The translations under genes and the position numbers were made by a program. This document shows positions 61,386 through 64,000 of a stretch of DNA of 64,000 nucleotides, one piece after another. Within the stretch, counting starts at the first letter, position 1, and every line of letters starts with the position of its first letter. Source of the DNA: Schizosaccharomyces osmophilus (Eukaryota); assembly GCF_027921745.1 (NCBI RefSeq), contig NC_079238.1, forward strand, positions 3,224,001 to 3,288,000, written 5' to 3'. Under the pieces are notes generated by a model. The model had not been told where the DNA came from. It worked only from the letters and a program-made list of their open reading frames with translations, and made no database searches.

Positions 61386-64000
61386 TTATGTGGAAGGCTT
61401 ATCTTTGTTTTGTTCCACTGCGACTGACTCCGCATTATCGGTATCTGTTTCTATTTCTGTTTGTGTTATATGTGGATTATAGTTCACGTCAAGGACATTT
61501 CTCTGAGAAATATCTACGATCGCACTAGTAACGTCCACATGGAAGAACGGATTTTTCGTCGAAATAACAGGACAGTATTCCTTATGTGAGAAAGCGGATT
61601 GCAATTGATTACCGCCACCCTTTTTGTCATCAGGATTAGAAAGGGAATCCGAATCTTCTCCATCATCGTATTCATTAGCTGGTGTTGTGTTTTCGATTGC
61701 TGCTTCTTCATCGAATTGACGCTGTGGTCTATTCATTCTTACTGTACTTGGCATGTACAGTTGGGATGAATCAGTGACCATGGGGTTTTCAATGTCGCGT
61801 AATGGTGCAGCACTACCAACTTCAATTGACCGACTTGTGTACTTGGTTGCATCTCGAGGCTTTCCGAAACCGGCGGCAATCAAAGTTCGTTTAATCCAAC
61901 CGCTATTGATGTCAGTAAAATGAAATTCAACTTCATCACCACTATAATTTTCTAATTCTTTGCGAGTATCCACAAGAGATTGCACTCCTGTTGTATCAAT
62001 ATGGTTTACGGCACTAAAATCAAGAATAATAGCTCGAAGAAGAGGTCGTCTATCTTCAATTTTAACGCCTTTCTTTTGTTTTTTTGGTGGAGGATCATTC
62101 CAAGCTCTATCCTGCTTTTTCTTGATTTGAGTGCTTTTTCCTCGTCGTGTAGCGTCTTTCGCCTTTGAAGTAAGCATCGAATTGACGTGTTGAGCATTTG
62201 GGTAAGTAAAGCTTTCCTGTAAGCGAAATATTAACACTCCAGGAGGAGGGTCACGAATAACCAAATTCGGATTAACGCCTTGCTGGTCAAGTGGCACATA
62301 AATATCACGGATAACACCAACATCGTCACCACCAAGACTCTTATTTGCTATTTTCAGGGTTCCCAAAAATGAACCTGAAGGCTTGGCAATACGGAACAGC
62401 AATAAAGCAGCAGATAAGCAAACAGCCGTATAAATACCATTTTCAATGGACGAAAAAACAGATACTAAAACAGATGCTAAAAAAATTATAGCTTCAAGGG
62501 GCTGCATACGCCAAAAGAGGACCAACTGGCGCCAGGGAAGAATTAGATCAAAGACAGAATGGATAATTACAGCTGATAAAACAGCATTTGGGATATAATA
62601 AAATGCTCCGGTGAGACAGTATAAAGCTAAAATTACAACTGCAGCCGTAAAGATTCCAGCTAATGGGGTGCGCACACCCGATTTAGCTTTGATTGCGGAA
62701 CGAGAAAAGGAGCCAGTTGCTGGGTATGCGTTAAAAAAAACACCAATTAAATTCGTAACACCCATTGCAATAAGTTCCTGGTCGGGGATAACTTTGTAAT
62801 CATTAACACGACCAAAAGACTTAGCGATTGAGATATGCTCCAGAAGTAAGACAATTACCGACACTGGTAACTCAGAAACCATATCAGCACAAAGCTTTTT
62901 AGTTACTGTTGGAACACCAACATGTTGGAAGCCTCTGGGAACGGTGAGCAAAATTGAAATGGGGGGATTCTCTCGGCGACCTTTGCACACACCGTAAGAG
63001 ATAGCAGTACCTATTATAATGATAACTGCACTACGCAAAACATTAACCAAAAAGAACACTCGCTGACCTCTTGGATAACGGCGAGTCAAAAATTGGCATG
63101 AGTAGCGAATTACGTACAATATGAACAAACTAACAAGTCCAAAAGCAGCATCTACCTTAGTATGAGGCAGGTTTTTTAGGGTACCAATGATGATACGGTA
63201 TGTTGCGCCGTGTGTGCTCACAAGTTTTTTATAACCCATCAATGAGGGAACTTGTCCTGAAATAATATTTAGTGCGGAGCCAGTTGTAAAGCCAGCAACA
63301 GCGGGGATAGGAATAAATTCAATAACAAAACCGAGACGCAACAAGCCGATAGCACAGGTGATTGCTCCTGCTAAAAGAGCTAGACAACTACCTATTTGAG
63401 GAGCTGTATACGTGGGATCTTTGGCGGATACGTTTTTGATAACTTCTGAAGTGACTAAACTCATGACAGCCACGGGACCAATTGAAACATCTTTGGAAGT
63501 GGCAAAGAAACAATAGATGGCAACACCAACAAACGAAGAGTAAAGACCATATTCAGCAGGGAGACCGGCGACCTTAGCATAAGACATACCTTGGGGGACA
63601 ACGATGCAGCCTACAGTTATACCAGCAATTAAATCAAAAATCAGCCAATGGAAATTGTAATTGGGAAGCCATTGAATGATGGGAAAAAGGGATTTCACAT
63701 AGTTAAGAGATCGACTTCCAAGGTTATCGGTGACATGTGAGCGAAGCCAGCCAAGGACAGTGGGGAGTTGCTCCTCATATTCGCCATACGTGAGCTCGAC
63801 ATTTCTATCGTTGGATGAGTAGGAGTAAGAGCTGTTGTTTGGTTGATTTAATACAGTGTGACGAACCACACGAACTGTGGGACCCTTTTTGCTTGAAGGA
63901 GAAGGCTCATCTTCGTTGGGACGAGCGGTTTCGGGAGGATATGCAATTCCTCCGTGTAAAGGTTGAGCATTTGTATTTGGGTCGGGAGCATTACTCTGAG
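61386..64000 (-). CDS. SulP/SLC26 sulfate transporter (SPBC3H7.02-like); start lies beyond window end
   Basis: DLIAGITVG, YGLYSSF, TGSFSRSA, STAS-domain ILDFSAVNHIDTTG. Frame stays open from 63869 to the window edge. Confidence 0.94.
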   Translation of the reverse strand, partial: QSNAPDPNTNAQPLHGGIAYPPETARPNEDEPSPSSKKGPTVRVVRHTVLNQPNNSSYSYSSNDRNVELTYGEYEEQLPTVLGWLRSHVTDNLGSRSLNYVKSLFPIIQWLPNYNFHWLIFDLIAGITVGCIVVPQGMSYAKVAGLPAEYGLYSSFVGVAIYCFFATSKDVSIGPVAVMSLVTSEVIKNVSAKDPTYTAPQIGSCLALLAGAITCAIGLLRLGFVIEFIPIPAVAGFTTGSALNIISGQVPSLMGYKKLVSTHGATYRIIIGTLKNLPHTKVDAAFGLVSLFILYVIRYSCQFLTRRYPRGQRVFFLVNVLRSAVIIIIGTAISYGVCKGRRENPPISILLTVPRGFQHVGVPTVTKKLCADMVSELPVSVIVLLLEHISIAKSFGRVNDYKVIPDQELIAMGVTNLIGVFFNAYPATGSFSRSAIKAKSGVRTPLAGIFTAAVVILALYCLTGAFYYIPNAVLSAVIIHSVFDLILPWRQLVLFWRMQPLEAIIFLASVLVSVFSSIENGIYTAVCLSAALLLFRIAKPSGSFLGTLKIANKSLGGDDVGVIRDIYVPLDQQGVNPNLVIRDPPPGVLIFRLQESFTYPNAQHVNSMLTSKAKDATRRGKSTQIKKKQDRAWNDPPPKKQKKGVKIEDRRPLLRAIILDFSAVNHIDTTGVQSLVDTRKELENYSGDEVEFHFTDINSGWIKRTLIAAGFGKPRDATKYTSRSIEVGSAAPLRDIENPMVTDSSQLYMPSTVRMNRPQRQFDEEAAIENTTPANEYDDGEDSDSLSNPDDKKGGGNQLQSAFSHKEYCPVISTKNPFFHVDVTSAIVDISQRNVLDVNYNPHITQTEIETDTDNAESVAVEQNKDKPST

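Overview
Gene-dense, intron-containing eukaryotic DNA from a fission yeast. It is Schizosaccharomyces but not S. pombe itself; the S. octosporus/cryophilus/osmophilus clade is likely, but the species cannot be fixed from the sequence. The window is largely collinear with the S. pombe chromosome II cosmids SPBC21H7-SPBC16H5-SPBC12D12 and then jumps to SPBC3H7 (order recalled from memory). It holds about 30 protein genes: dbp7 (partial), taf10, sfc6, opi10, his5, an SDR, wdr7, a DUF2433 gene, skb1, prp43, omh2, an ABCF ATPase, ppa2, rip1, a conserved unknown, cyp7, snd3/pho88, uba2, pfk1, sad1, cdm1, cct1, pck2, rev7, prp28, a mitochondrial carrier, srb11, trx2, kgd1 and a SulP transporter (partial). 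It also holds an intron-containing tRNA-Leu(CAA). Signals not visible in the ORF track: (1) a Homol D-driven box H/ACA snoRNA between opi10 and his5, whose two pockets match two large-subunit rRNA pseudouridine sites; (2) a 75-bp, 71/75-identical inverted repeat bracketing the whole trx2 gene next to a synteny break; (3) a 27-bp palindrome with 13-bp perfect arms in the snd3/uba2 divergent promoter; (4) a stop-free 48-nt intron and an MPE-like+RRM-like+RGG architecture in the uncharacterised DUF2433 gene; (5) an unusually long srb11 first intron; (6) an apparently relocated prp28. No transposon, CRISPR array or rDNA unit was seen. Gene names and orthology come from recall, not from database searches.
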